A DNA stretch of 64,000 nucleotides. Origin: Leucoraja erinacea (Eukaryota). The position numbers and the translations under genes are program-made. The stretch lies in NCBI RefSeq assembly GCF_028641065.1, contig NW_026576170.1:62001-126000 (forward strand), read 5' to 3'. Within the stretch, counting starts at the first letter, position 1. Every line of letters begins with the position of its first letter. The notes beneath the pieces were generated by a model that made no database searches, was not told the origin of the DNA, and saw nothing but the letters and a program-made list of their open reading frames with translations. Shown here piece after piece: positions 25,915-39,157 of the stretch.

Positions 25915-27390
25915 ATCTTAAAGCTCTATCCAACTCTCTCTTGAAAACATTCGTTGAAATGGCCTCCATCGCCTTCCGTGGCAGATAATTTCACAGATTC
26001 ACAACTTTCTGTGTGAAAATGTGTCTCCTCGTCTCAGTACTGAATGTCCCACCTCTTTTTCTTATATTGCGAGTTCTGGACTCCCCCGACATCGGGAACA
26101 TTTTTCCTGCATCTGCACCAAACCCTTAAGAATGTTATATGTTTCTATAAGATACCCTCTCATCCTTCTAAATACCAGTGAATATGCGCTCAGAGGATCC
26201 ATTCTTTCATCATATTCCAGTCCCGCCACCTCGGGAATTAACTTGGCGAACCTGCACTGCATTCCCTCAATAGCAAAAATTGAGCTCAATAGCTCAAATT
26301 AGGAGTACAAAACTGCACACAATACTCCAGGCGTGGTCACACCAGGGCCATGTAGAACTGCAGCAGGTCCTCCTTGCTCCTATATTCAAATTATCGCGCT
26401 ATGAAGGCCAATATGCCATTTGCTTTCTTCACTGCCTGTTGTACCTGCATGCTTACATTGAGTGTCTGATTACACGGACACCCAGGTCTCGTTGCACCCC
26501 CCTCTTTCATAATCTGATACCATTCAGGTAACAATCTGTCTTCTTGTTCTTGCCATCAAAGAGGATAACTTCACATTTTCCACGTGCAATGCATCTGCCC
26601 ACTTACTCAACCTATCCAAGTCACCCTGCAGCCTCATACGATCCTCCTCGCAGCCCACACTGCCACCAAGCTTTGTATCATCCGCAAACTTGGAGATGTT
26701 ACATCTAATTCATTCGTGTAAATCGTTAATAGATACTGTGAATGATTGGGGTTTCAGCACTGAGTCTTGCGGCACCCCAGTAATAGCAGCCTGTCCTTCT
26801 GAAAATAACCGGTTAATTCCTACTCTTTGGTTCCTGTCTGCCAACCAGTTCTGTTCATGTCAATACTTCATCCCTAAAACCATGTGCTCTAATTTTGAAG
26901 ATTAATCTCTTGTGTGGGATCTTGTCAAAGGCTTGTTGAACGCACAGATACACCACATCCACTGGCTCTCCCTTGTCCATTCCACTTGTTACATCCTCAA
27001 AAAAATCCAGAAGATTAGTCCAGCATGATTTCCTTTTCATAAAACCATGCTGACTTTGACCCATCATGTCACTGTTATTCAAATAAACTGCTATTATATC
27101 GTTACGATCGACACAATCAATTTCCCCACTACCAATGTCAGGCTAACTGGTCTATAATTCGGTGCTTTCACTCTCCCTCCTTTGTGGGGTTACATTAAAT
27201 ATCCTCTAGTCCACGGGAACTGATCCAGAGTCTATAGAACATTGAGAAATGATCACCAATGCATCCACTAATGCTAGGACAACCTCCTTGAATAATCTGG
27301 GATGCAGAACATCAGATCCTTGGGATTTATCTGCATTCAGTCCCAACATTTTACCTAACACCATTCCCGACGAATGTGGATTTTCTTCAG
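25915..27390 (-). mobile_element. Older degenerate CR1 copy
   Basis: QHGFMKRKSCWTNLLDFFEDVT and [10 protein letters not shown] fragments. Confidence 0.85.
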
Positions 27391-27549
27391 TTCCCCTCTC
27401 CCGCTCGCGGCTGGTGTAAAGTGAACTGAGATTGGGCTGAGTTTAATTGCAACATGATTTGCAACAGGATCTGGTGTCCTTGTGTTACTTAATAAAGAGT
27501 GGCTTCGTGTAATACAATGGCCGTCGGTGAAATGTAGGCAGGATTGGTG

Positions 27550-29413
27550 GCCGATTGGTGGCCGATTAGTGGCCGATTAGGAAAAGGGGAGATGCAGCGA
27601 GACCTGGGTGTCATGGTACACCAGTCATTGAAAGTAGGCATGCAGGTGCAGCAGGCAGTGAAGAAAGCGAATGGTATGTTAGCATTCATAGCAAACGAAT
27701 TTGAGTATAGGAGCAGGGAGGTTCTACTGCAGATGTACAGGGTCTTGGTGAGACCACACCTGGAGTATTGCGTACAGTTTTGGTCTCCGCCTGCACCTAA
27801 TTTCTAAGTTTCTATGTTTCTATGTAGGATGGCACGGAATGCTAAAGGAGCCAATGTCGTGCCATTAGTGACAGGTAATACGGACGAGTGTTGTGAAGGA
27901 TGTCACGGCCCCATTTGTAGTAAGGAATCACGTTAGGTTCATGAGGACAGGGTTCATTTAAAACAGTGACTGTCGCCCGTGCAGCATAGGTAAGGAAAAT
28001 GCAAATAGATGTGGGGCGTGGATCACGTTTTATTTAAACAGTGTTACAGGTTCTGCGGGAGCGATATTAGGCAGAGTGTCTGGAAAGATACAGCAGATCA
28101 TGTGTCCTCGGGTAAAAATAGCAACATGATTAATGATGCAGGAAAAAAGATCCTTCATCAGAACAACGCCAACCTAGCGCTATTGGAAACAGGACGAAGG
28201 GAAGGTAACTGGAATAGATGTAAAGTGGAATGAGGTAAAACTTGCACCAGTGGCCTGTGTAATACCGTTAGGGCTGTGGCGAAGGGGGGTCGCGCAATAA
28301 ACCCAGTGGCTGTGTTTGGTGTTCTGGTGTTTGATTCAAATAAAGGATGTTTTCTTAAAAACTGATAATAAGATGTTTGCTAATCGCAATATCGCCAATG
28401 ATATGAAGAAGGGCTGGATAGACTCAGCTTGTACTCGCTAGAATTTAGAAGATTGAGGGGGGATCTTATAGAAACTTACAAAATTCTTAAGGGTTTGGAC
28501 AGGCTAGATGCAGTAAGATTGTTCCCGATGTTGGGGAAGTCCAGACCAAGGGGTCACAGTTTAAGGATTAGGGGGAAACCTTTTAGGACCGAGATGAGAA
28601 AAACATTTTTCACACAGAGAGTGATGAATCTCTGGAACTCTCTGCACAGAAGGTAGTTGAGGCCAGTTCATTGGCTATATTGAAGAGGGAGTTAGATGTG
28701 GCCCTTGTGGCTAAAGGGATCAGGAGGGTATGGAGAGAAGGCAGGTATAGGATACTGAGTCGGATGATCAGCCATGATCATATTGAATGGCGGTGCAGAC
28801 TCGAAGGGCCGAATGGCCTACTCCTGCATCTATTTGATATGTTTATGTTTCTATGATAGGGGGAGGTGACGGGTAGCACTGGAATACGTAATCAGCCGCG
28901 ATCTTTTGTAATGGGAAATTATTTAACTTCAAGCTTCATATCATGCGAAATGAACGGCGGGATAATGCAGATGTGCCTATTAACCACTGAACAGGGGAAA
29001 CATTGTCTTCCACCCAAAAATAATTAGTGATCTCGAAATATACATAAATATACACAGGTCTCCCTGATTATCTTTCTATTTCCTGGCTGAGCACCTGATC
29101 GCAACAGCCATCACAGATACAAGAAAAGTTATTTTCCCCTATTGATCTTTATACGATTGAAATTGCTTGATGGACCAGTGTGTGGTTTGAAATGATGATT
29201 TCACAGCAGGTAGTTGAGGCCAGTTCATTGTCTATATTTAAGAGGGAGTTAGATGTGGCCCTTGTGGCTAAAGGGGTCAGGGGGTATGGAGAGAAGGCAG
29301 GGATGGGATACTGAGTCGGATGATTAGCCACGATCATATCGAATGGCGGTGCAGGCTCGAAGGGCCGAATAGCCTATTCCTGCACCTATTTTCTATGTGT
29401 CTATGTTTCTATG
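27550..29413 (+). mobile_element. Three short CR1 3' insertions (about 27550-27824, 28401-28855, 29207-29413)
   Basis: CR1 3' motifs and TTTCTATG tails; ATGATA is duplicated around the 28401 copy. Confidence 0.8.
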
Positions 29414-29649
29414 AGATTGTCCAGCATTTTTGTCTGCCTTCGATTTTCCAGCATCTGCAGTTCTTTCTTAAACAATTCATTGAAGCATGTAAGTTTGTGA
29501 GCTAATTTGTTTTTCTCCGAGAAAATGCAACTAACAATGTTAATGGTTTGAGCTATTTTTAGATTCAATGGCGTCATCTAATATAAGGAGATGTACTGCA
29601 GTATTAATTTCACAACCGGCATTTTAGCAGGACGTCGTTCTAACGGATT

Positions 29650-32600
29650 ATGCACGCGCCTGGGAATGGACCTGTCTTCGCTATTTATTATTCTGCCCTT
29701 GCTGCTTTCGGCGTTCCAGGTGAAGAGTGAAAATAGACTAAACGCGGACAAAACACGTATAACCGTTCGTTGCTGAGTATTTTGATTGTTCAATATATTT
29801 TTTTCATGATTTCTTTTCAGCTACCTACAGAGTGTTTCGACGACGAAGTGTATTCCTTCGATTTTTAGGGCCTGTTCCACACTACAAGGTAATTCAAGAG
29901 TTCTCCCGAGATTCACCTGATTCGAACTCGGAGAATTATGGTAACAGCCGCTCGTAGGTATTCGGGGCTCTCGTGGACATTTTTCAACATGTTGAAAAAT
30001 CTTCACATGTCTTCACGAGTTACCGCGTTCCCCGAGTACCTGCCGTTAGCGTTACGAGCTGCTAAGAGACGTCCCGACCTCAGACGTACCCGCTACGTAC
30101 ATTCTACGTACTTACAACGAGTTTGATTGTTTTAAGAGCTCTTGAATTACCTCGTTGAGTGGGACAGGCCCTTTACTATTTTAGGTCCCAATGTTAACTT
30201 CATTATATATTACTTGACCAGTTTCTGAAGGCTGATTTAAAAATATTCTCTGATGCACGCAGTTTGGTGCAAGGCACGCACTTTTCGTTCAACGTCGCGT
30301 CACATTCAAACGTTTTTACGTCTAATGTTTATTTTTGAAATTACTTTTATCCTGTATATTTTCTTTGGCGACACAAGGGGCTGTAAATACTGGAATCTTG
30401 CAGCAAAACATAAAGTACCGGAGTGATTTAGCTAGGCGGCAGCATCTGTGGAGGTAATGAATGGGCAACGTATCTGAACCCTTTTATCGACCATGAGACC
30501 TGGGATGTCAGCACTTTCATATGAAGAAAGACTGGATAGACTCGGCTTGTAGTCGCTAGAACTTAGAAGGTTGAGGGAGGATCTTATAGAAACTTACAAA
30601 ATTCTAACGGGGTTAGACAAGCTAGATGCAGGAAGATTGTTCCCGATGTTGGGAAGTCCAGAACAAGGGGTCACAGTTGAAGGATAAGGGGGAATCTTTT
30701 AGGACCGAGATGAGAACAACATTTTTTACACAGAGAGTGGTGAATCTGTGGAATTCTCTGTTGAAGCGAGTTAATTGGCTATATTTAAGAGGGAGTTAGA
30801 TGTTGCCCTTGTGGCTAAAGTTTTCAGGGGGTATGGAGAGAAGGCAGGTACAAGATACTGAGTTGGATGATCAGCCATGATCATATTGAATGGCGGTGCA
30901 GGCTCGAAGGGCCGAGTGGCCTACTCCTGCACATATTTTATGTTTCTACGTTAAGAGACTTCTCCCAGTAAGCTTCGTGGGGTGGGGTTAGGGATGCGAT
31001 AAGCAGAACAAGGGCACAGAGGACACATGGGTGAGTGATCCACCCGCGACAGCATGGGGAGCTACGTTTACTGAATAAAGGACATTCTGGATAATCTGAA
31101 GTGAAATGCTTCGGCGTGGAAGCAGATGCGGCGGTATTCGAGAGCAAGGGATGACATTCTTACAAGTGGCAGGACAGGAGGAAGGTCTGAAGATGGGCCC
31201 CGACCCAAAATGTCGCCGATACGTTCTCCCTTACTCACCAAAGATTATTGCCCGACCCGCTGTGTTACTCCAGCTCTTTTTGTTTTCTAGTGTATTTCTT
31301 TCATTTTGTACTTTGATTAAAATATGATAACTATCACAGATATTGTGACTGTCTAATGTAAACCATAAATGCGGCATCGTATTGATACATTTCTTATCCA
31401 GAGCAGATTGGATCTCTATTTCACCAAGCTCTCCGACTTGTTGATTATCACAACTTTTTTTGAATTGTAGTTCTTATTGTAATCAATACATTTTCAGGCG
31501 CTTTATTGTCACGAGCCCAGTACCTATCTCATGCATTGCGACGTAATTACACGAACTGAACTCTGAAATCGGTGCATTAATGCAGAGAGTCATGATCTTT
31601 ATTTCGGCTATGAATCCTATCCGTATACCAAATGGTTTTGTAGTAATGTTTGTTAACTCGCTTTAGTAACGATATTAACCCACCCCCTCCACGTGGAAAC
31701 TTCTACTGCAAAGGATGTCGTGTTTGAAATTGGAAGTTGAGAGGCTGCAATTTTCCACTCAGAAACTGGCTGGAATTGTAAAGTATGATAACATTGAACT
31801 ATTGTGAACGGGTGGTTGGCGTGATTGGTGGGATGAACGGGCTTTTTCCAGGTTGTAGCTCTGATATATACTGGACGACGAAACATGAGATAGAAAATAT
31901 CTTGAAACATTTGCCAACGTTCATGTTTGCGAGACCTCTTGGGCCACCGCCACGCCCTTCATCGAAGGAGTCGTTCTGTCAGATTTATCCGCGACACCCC
32001 ATCACTGGTGGTAGTTTTTTACAAGAAAACAATCTATCTTCATTATGTGTTTCCATGTAAACTGGTTACATTCCATGGACTGTCTGCTGATGTATGAAAT
32101 TATTCTTACACGATATGCGATAATGGGTCTCGTATCACACGCATGAAGAGAATTAGTTGATTATACGCGCGAAGTTTGAATTATTTTTATGTCGTTTGTG
32201 TGCAGCTCAAGTCAATGGGCGAATTTAAGACGGAAGTCGACACAATCCGGAATAGTAAGTGTGTCAAGGGTTATGGGGAGAAGGCAGGTGAATGAGTTTG
32301 AGCAGTAAAGATAGATCAGCCACTATTCAATGGTCGAATAGACAGGATCTGACAGCAATATTAGAAGTCGTTGCATTTTCTAGCGGCGAAGCTAATTATT
32401 AATTAGCTTACAGAGAAAGATTGAACAAGTTAGGTCTTTATTCTCTGGAGCGCAGGAGGCTAAGGGGGACTTGATAGAGGTATTTAACATGATGAGAAGG
32501 ATAGACATAGTTGACGTGGATAAGCTTTTCCCATTGAGAGTAGGGGAGATTCAAACAAGAGGACATGACTTGAGAAATAAGGGATAGAAGTTTAGGGGTA

Positions 32601-33810
32601 ACATGAGGGGGAACTTCTTTACTCGGAGCGTGGTAGCTGTGAGGAATTAGCTTCCAGTGGAAGTGGTGGAGGCAGTTTCGATTTTATAATTTACAAATAA
32701 ATTGGATAGGTATATGGACGGGAAAGGAATGGAGGGTTATGGTCTGAGTGCAGGTAGATGGGACTAGGGCAAAATAAGTGTTCGGCACGGACTAGAAGGG
32801 CCGAGATGGCCTGTTTCCGTGCTGTAATTGTTATATGTTATACGTTATATGTTATATGTTATATGTTATATTAATATCCCGGTCTCTCCCTCTGTTCTGC
32901 AGCGAATTTGGTGACGATTGCGATTCTATCCAAAGGAAGATGCGGCCTCTCCAAATGTATCACTCGCTACCTGGTATCCATGGCGGTGATGGATTTCCTG
33001 GTCATCATCACCGCCGTGATCCTAAGCCGGCTTCGGGCTATTTATTTCCCGAACACAGTCCTGTCTACCATTCCGACCTGCAAGGTCCTTATTGTCCTCA
33101 GCTGGATTTCAAAAGACGCTTCCGTCTGGTTGACGGTCGCTTTCACGTTCGATCGGTTCATCGCCATTTGCTGTCAGAAACTGAAACTAATATATTGCAC
33201 TGAGAAAATCGCGGCGGGTGTTATTGCAACGGTCTGCGCGTTAGGCTGTTTGAAGAACGCCCCATTTTATTTTATATATGAGCCAGTCTACATAATTGAT
33301 AATATACCCTGGTTCTGTACCATAAAAGATTCATACTACACTTCAATTGCATGGATAGTGTACGATTGTCTACACCGCGTTTTGAACCCATGCCTCCCGT
33401 TCCTACTAATTCTGTTGCTCAATGTTGTGACGGTCAGACACATTCTAGCTGCCAGCGCAGCCCGCAAGAGGCTCCGGGCCCAGACCAACGGTGGAAAACA
33501 AAGTGACCCGGAAATGGAGAGTCGGCGGAAGTCGATCATTCTACTCATGGCGATCTCGGGCAGTTTTATGCTGTTGCGATTGACCTACGTCGCAAACTTC
33601 CTCTTTGTGCAAATTACAAGCAGCGGTTATGCAACCCGTTCCAATTCCAACGACCCCAGGTTTATTCTCCAAGAAAGTGGATACATGCTGGAGATACTAA
33701 GTTCTTGCACCAACTCGTGCATTTACGGGGGGACACAGACTAAGTTTAGAGAGCAGCTGCAGGAAGTGGTTAAGTATCCTTTCTATCTAATTCGCAAGCG
33801 GTTAAAATAG
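29650..33810 (+). CDS. GPR139/GPR142-like class A GPCR G2, join(29650-29719, 32903-33810), 325 aa
   Basis: Exon 1 MHAPGNGPVFAIYYSALAAFGVP with GTGAAG donor; CTGCAG acceptor; intact 7TM frame paralogous to G1. Confidence 0.92.
29867..30172. mobile_element. Harbinger-type MITE in the G2 intron
   Basis: Terminal inverted repeats AGGGCCTGTTCCAC..GGTAATTCAAGAG / CTCTTGAATTACC..GTGGGACAGGCCCT. Confidence 0.75.
30498..30950 (+). mobile_element. CR1 3' end in the G2 intron
   Basis: Shared CR1 3' sequence. Confidence 0.85.
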
Positions 33811-34096
33811 ACTGAACACATTTATCTCTAAAACAACAATGAGGATTGTCAGTGAAACGGAGCTTGAGAGCTATATTCTATTTTCCGTCCTTATTGTTAA
33901 CGTGAGCTGGTGATGTATGCTATGTACCCCGTCCTCGCGGGCACACCAATGCAAGTTTACATCTCAGGGTCTAAACATCTGAAATAAAAGTATATACAAT
34001 TCGAAGTTTCTTTCCTGTTCATGCTGTTACGAGGGTATTCAGATGCCAAGTTAAAGTCACATCCTCTTTCTCCGTGTGATTCATACCTCTACTTTC

Positions 34097-34620
34097 CTAG
34101 AAACATAGAAACATAGAAAATAGGTGCAGGAGTATGCTATTCGGTAGTTCGAGCCTACACCGCCATTCAATATGATCATGGCTGATCATCCAACTCAGTA
34201 TCCCGTACCTGCCTTCTCCCCACATCCCCTGATCCCTCTAGCCACAAGGGCCACATCTAACTCCTTCTTAAATATAGCCGATTAACTACCTTCTGTGGCA
34301 GAGAGTTCCAGAGATTCACCACTCTCTGTGTGAAAAATGTTTTTCTCATCTCGGTTCTAAAGGATTTCCCCTCTATCCTTAAGCTGTGACCCCTTGTCCT
34401 GGACTTCCCCAACATCGGGAACAATCTTCCTGCATCTAGCCTGTCCAATCCCTTAAGAATTTTGTAACTTTCTATAAGATCCCCCCTCAATCTCCTAAAT
34501 TTTAGCGAGTACAAGCCGAGTCTATCCAATCTTTCTTCATAAGAAAGTCCTGAAATCCCAGGAATCAGTCTGGTGAACCTTCTCTGCACTATGGCAATAA
34601 TGTCCTCCCTCAGATTTGGA
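34097..34620 (-). mobile_element. CR1 3' end
   Basis: QRRFTRLIPGISGLSYEERLDRLGLYSL and the (CATAGAAA)n tail. Confidence 0.9.
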
Positions 34621-35782
34621 AACCATACCCATTTCCTTGCATATCCACGTGTCTATCTACAACCATCTTGTACGTCACTATCTGATTTGCCTCGAACAGC
34701 CCCTTGGCAGCGCGTTCCAGGCACCCGCCGTCCTCTGTATTAACCCCCACCCCCCCATCTCTGATAAATATTGCCCCTCCCATCCTCAAGCTGTGCTGTA
34801 TAGCCGTTAACATTTACACCCAGGGAAAAAGGTTCTGACTGTCAGCCCTTTCTACTCCTATCAGGTCTCTCCCGAGCCACCGACGTTCAAGAGATGCCAA
34901 TCCAAATTGGTCCAATCTACTCTTGTAGCTAAAACCCTCTAGTCCATTCTAGCAAACCTCACCTGCACCCACTCTTAAGCCTCCCTCTCTTTCCTGAAAT
35001 GGGGCGGCCTGCACTGCACGCAATACCCCAACATAGACACAACAAGCGGCACAAGCAGCAACTCTGGAGAGAAGGAATGGGTGACGTTTCAAGACCCTTC
35101 TTCAGACATGACTTGCAATTTTTTATACTCAATGCCCAGACCGTTGAAGGAATTCATGCTCTGCTTGTAACAGTCATAAATTAACCTGCTGGTTATATCT
35201 GATTTTCTGTTTGATTTTGTTATTTTCTGAATCTGTGGTTATTCGCTTTATAACGCGAAAAATGATTGTGTAGAGAGCGTGAGCAATATGTATTGTGTGA
35301 GACATTACCCAGTGTAATATGCACTCTGTCAACGTCTACTACTGCAGAAAGTGAGATCGACCCGTCCGCATTTACCTCAGCATTCAAACCTGATAAATTT
35401 CCTCCAAGTCATAATTTAATGTGCAACTTACACTGGAAGTGTACAACATAACATACGTCGAGACGTAGCCCACAGGGCTGGGCCTGGGACTGGGGACATG
35501 TAACCACACGTTTGACATAACATTGTAAGTGATGAAATCGTTCATTTTAATAATAATCTGACCTGCTCCGCCTGGGTCGACGGAACCCGCGGCTGGGGCC
35601 TGGGCCGGTGGCAACAGTCGAGAGGTCGGTGCGACGTTCGATGAGGGCGCCGGCCTGTGCACGAGGATGGACCACGTGGGAATGTGGACGATGCTGCTTG
35701 GGGGATGACGAAGGAGGACCCGGCGTGGCAGGACCGCCGTGAAGCGGGGGGGGGGGGGGGGCGGAGAAGAATGGAGGACCCG

Positions 35783-35783
<1 letters not shown>

Positions 35784-35821
<38 letters not shown>

Positions 35822-35830
35822 GGGGGGGGG
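35784..35830. repeat. (GT)n plus G-run microsatellite
   Basis: Read directly. Confidence 0.95.
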
Positions 35831-38764
35831 TTGTAAGAGAACAAAGGGGGACCTGGCGTGGATGTAACTTTGGCGGCGTCTCTTTATGTGGCGACTATTG
35901 CATACCTTTTCACAGTGACTTGTCACATGACAACAAAGTATTCATTGATTGATCGATCGTCGATTGATGGATTGATTGATTGGTCCATTGATCGATTGAT
36001 GATTCAATCATTCAAATAAAAGGAACGGAAATGTAAATAGCATGATCTACGATCCCAGGAGAAACGTCAGAGAGCTTTGTTGAATATCTATCCGCGCATC
36101 GTTTGGAAAACATTGCAAACATCCGTAAAATTCAGGCTGCATTTAAAATGATTTGATGTGTAGGAAAGAACTGCAGATGCTGGTTTAAATCGAAGGTAGA
36201 AACAAAATGCCGGAGTACCTCACCAGGACATGCAGCATCTCTGCAGAGAAAAAAATATATTTTTGATTTGAGAATATTACCAGTGTAGTACAGGGGAAAG
36301 AGCAGCTTGAATGTGTCCCAATGGAAAGAGAGTGGAATAGATTTACGAGGATGTTGCAAGGACTCGAGGGCATGAGCTACATGGAGAGATTGGGGAGACT
36401 GCGACTTTACACGATGCAGTGCAGGCGGCTGAGTGTTGATCCAAACGTGATGTACAAAATCACGAGTGGAAGGGACAGGGCGAATCGACAAAGCTTTACG
36501 GGGTAGGGGAATCGAAACAAGGAGGGATAGTTTTAGGGTGAGATTTAATAGGAAGTTGGGCGGCATTTTTGCTCCCAGATTGTGGTGGGCTTATGGACCG
36601 ACCTGCCAGGGGAGGAGGTCGTGGAGGCAACGACTACAACATTTCAAACGGATTTGGACAATGGGGTGCACAGGAAAGGATATGGGGGAAAACAGGCAAA
36701 TGCGACTATCTTATAAGGGGTATCTTTGTCGACTTGGGCTAACTGGGCCGAAGGGATTATACCGGCTGGTGTGGCTCTGATGCATTTGCGCCTACAACAT
36801 GGTTTAACCATGCTACTCGCGGGATATTATTGTGCAAGGGTAAACACATGAGATCGACAATAATGCACATAATGGCAGTTTTACGACATTCTCAAACATC
36901 GATAGCCATTACTCCTCGGCAATGGTTGGGAGGTATACTTTACGCACTCACGACACATTTAAGATAGTAAAAACGAATCTTCCAAACGTTGTTTCTTGAT
37001 TAATTAGACTTTCATTGAAGTAGTGCATAACAAATAAACAATCCGTCACTTCCCGTTCTTAATCGCTGTTCCATTCATGTCACATAAATCATATGAAATG
37101 TCTTCCTATAAAAATATGTAGTCTCATCCACTTGTACGTGTCGTGAGCATGTCATGTGTGTGTGGTAAAACAACTGTATTCTCACCATCCTTCCGAGACC
37201 CAACTGACACCTAATCAATGAGTCTGCTCTAGTGTCTTCTAGAAATAGACACACCCCTACAACGTATCAAATCCCACCTACAAAAGTACAGCCAAATAAA
37301 AACTGAAATATTAAAATTGTTAGACATCGCTATAATATCCTGACTTAGGCGTAATTACACCTACAATGTAGTTATGTGCAGAGGGGAAACAAAGAGAAAC
37401 AAAGAGGAGGATTACGACTATTTTACTGAGTGATGGCGAATGACTATTTGTAGGATGTTACAACATTTTCAGTTCTCAAACACCAAGCCTATAATTTATC
37501 CCATCAGATAAAGCTTAAAAATAACTTTAATTTGATACCCAATCCACTTTCATATCTCCAGTATTAAAAAAGTCGAGGTCACTTTCATACTAGGAAATTA
37601 GCATCTTGTTCCCTATTGCTTTTCCATTGACTTAACACAGAATCTGTGATCGAGGACAGTCAATTGACATAAAAGCCAATGACTTTCTTAAAAATTAAGA
37701 GAACTGATTGAAATTTTCAGTTATTATAGACTGAAGCTTTCGAAAACAAATATGATACATCTTACTTGGATGGCCTGAAATTAAAGTATATAATTAGTTA
37801 TTTACCTAATTTCGCAGCTAAATACAAAATTAACCGTTGTGCCGGGAATTAATTGTCTTATTACCCATTTCGCCTCGAGGTTGTTTAGGTATTTAAAATC
37901 CCGCGGACCAAATCAGTTTCCTGTCCTGTTTGTCATGCCTACGGGGATTGAGGGGCAGGGGATGTTAGGACACCTGCATTGGTACCGCTACCTGCCCAGG
38001 ATTCGAGTCTCGGTCGCGTTTATCATTGAGTTTCAGTCTGAGTTCAGTTTATTTTTGGATATACGATTCTATCAACGTCCTGACAGTGTACCGTATTTAC
38101 AAATATTTTCGGTATTAACACCATACACTTGTCAACAGGGCGACGTGATGAAAATTAGTTACTTTGATGTTCATTATTTCACAACACCGTTGGACATTAT
38201 TTTATAAAGAGGCTGTTAAACATTTTAGTGTCGCCGAGCATAAATCTGCATAACCCAGTCACGCTGGTGAAGAGGATATGGAATGCATCCAGCCCGTTCT
38301 ACAAACCAAATTGTCAATGCCTTATATTTAATGCTGGGTTTCTGCCTGAAGCGAGCCTTTGCGGTGGCGCGGATGTCAATGTTCAGCGCTGGCTCTATGC
38401 TGTTCATCGGATCAACGCCAGCATAGCTTGGACGAATAAAGTTCCCAACGGGGAAATCTACTGGCTTGCTACGTTTATCTTAATACGCAACTCAAGCGCG
38501 AGCAATTCGGCGGAACTTTAGTTTCCCCCTGAGTCAGTGAACCTGTCAATTCAGGGAACTTATCAATGGACAACAGATGGTTTCTTACGAATAATACTCA
38601 AATAACACACAGACAAATCTGAAATCGAGGACGACTCTATTTTGGAATTGTGTACTGTCAGCGTCTAACGCTTATTTCGTACCCGGCATTATTGCCACAA
38701 GGCTATATCATCATTAGGCTTACTGCAGATAGCACACATTAACCTAAAGCGGACAATCATATAT

Positions 38765-39058
38765 GAAGTCCAGAACAAGGGGTCACAGTTTAAGGATAAG
38801 GGGGAAATCTTTTAGGACCGAGATGAGAAAAATATTTTTCACACAGAGAGTGTTGAATCTCTGGAATTCTCTGCCACAGTAGGTAGTTGAGGTTCATTGG
38901 CTATATTTAAGAGGGAGTTGTGGCTAAAGGGATCAGGGGGTATGGGGAGAAGGCAGGTAGAGGATACTGAGTTGGATGATCAGCCATGGTCATATTGAAT
39001 GGTGGTGCAGACTGGAAGGGCTGAATGGCCGACTGCACGTATTTTCTATGTTTCTATG
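38765..39058 (+). mobile_element. CR1 3' end; similar short copies at about 3225-3471, 43438-43665, 46030-46345 and 62655-62995
   Basis: Shared CR1 3' UTR and tail. Confidence 0.85.
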
Positions 39059-39157
39059 AATGAACAGCCTGCATACGGTTACAAGGAAGTAAACTCTTTA
39101 TTTTTTATGTTTACAATTACCATGTAATGTAGGGGCGGGCATTGATTTTCTTGCCAC

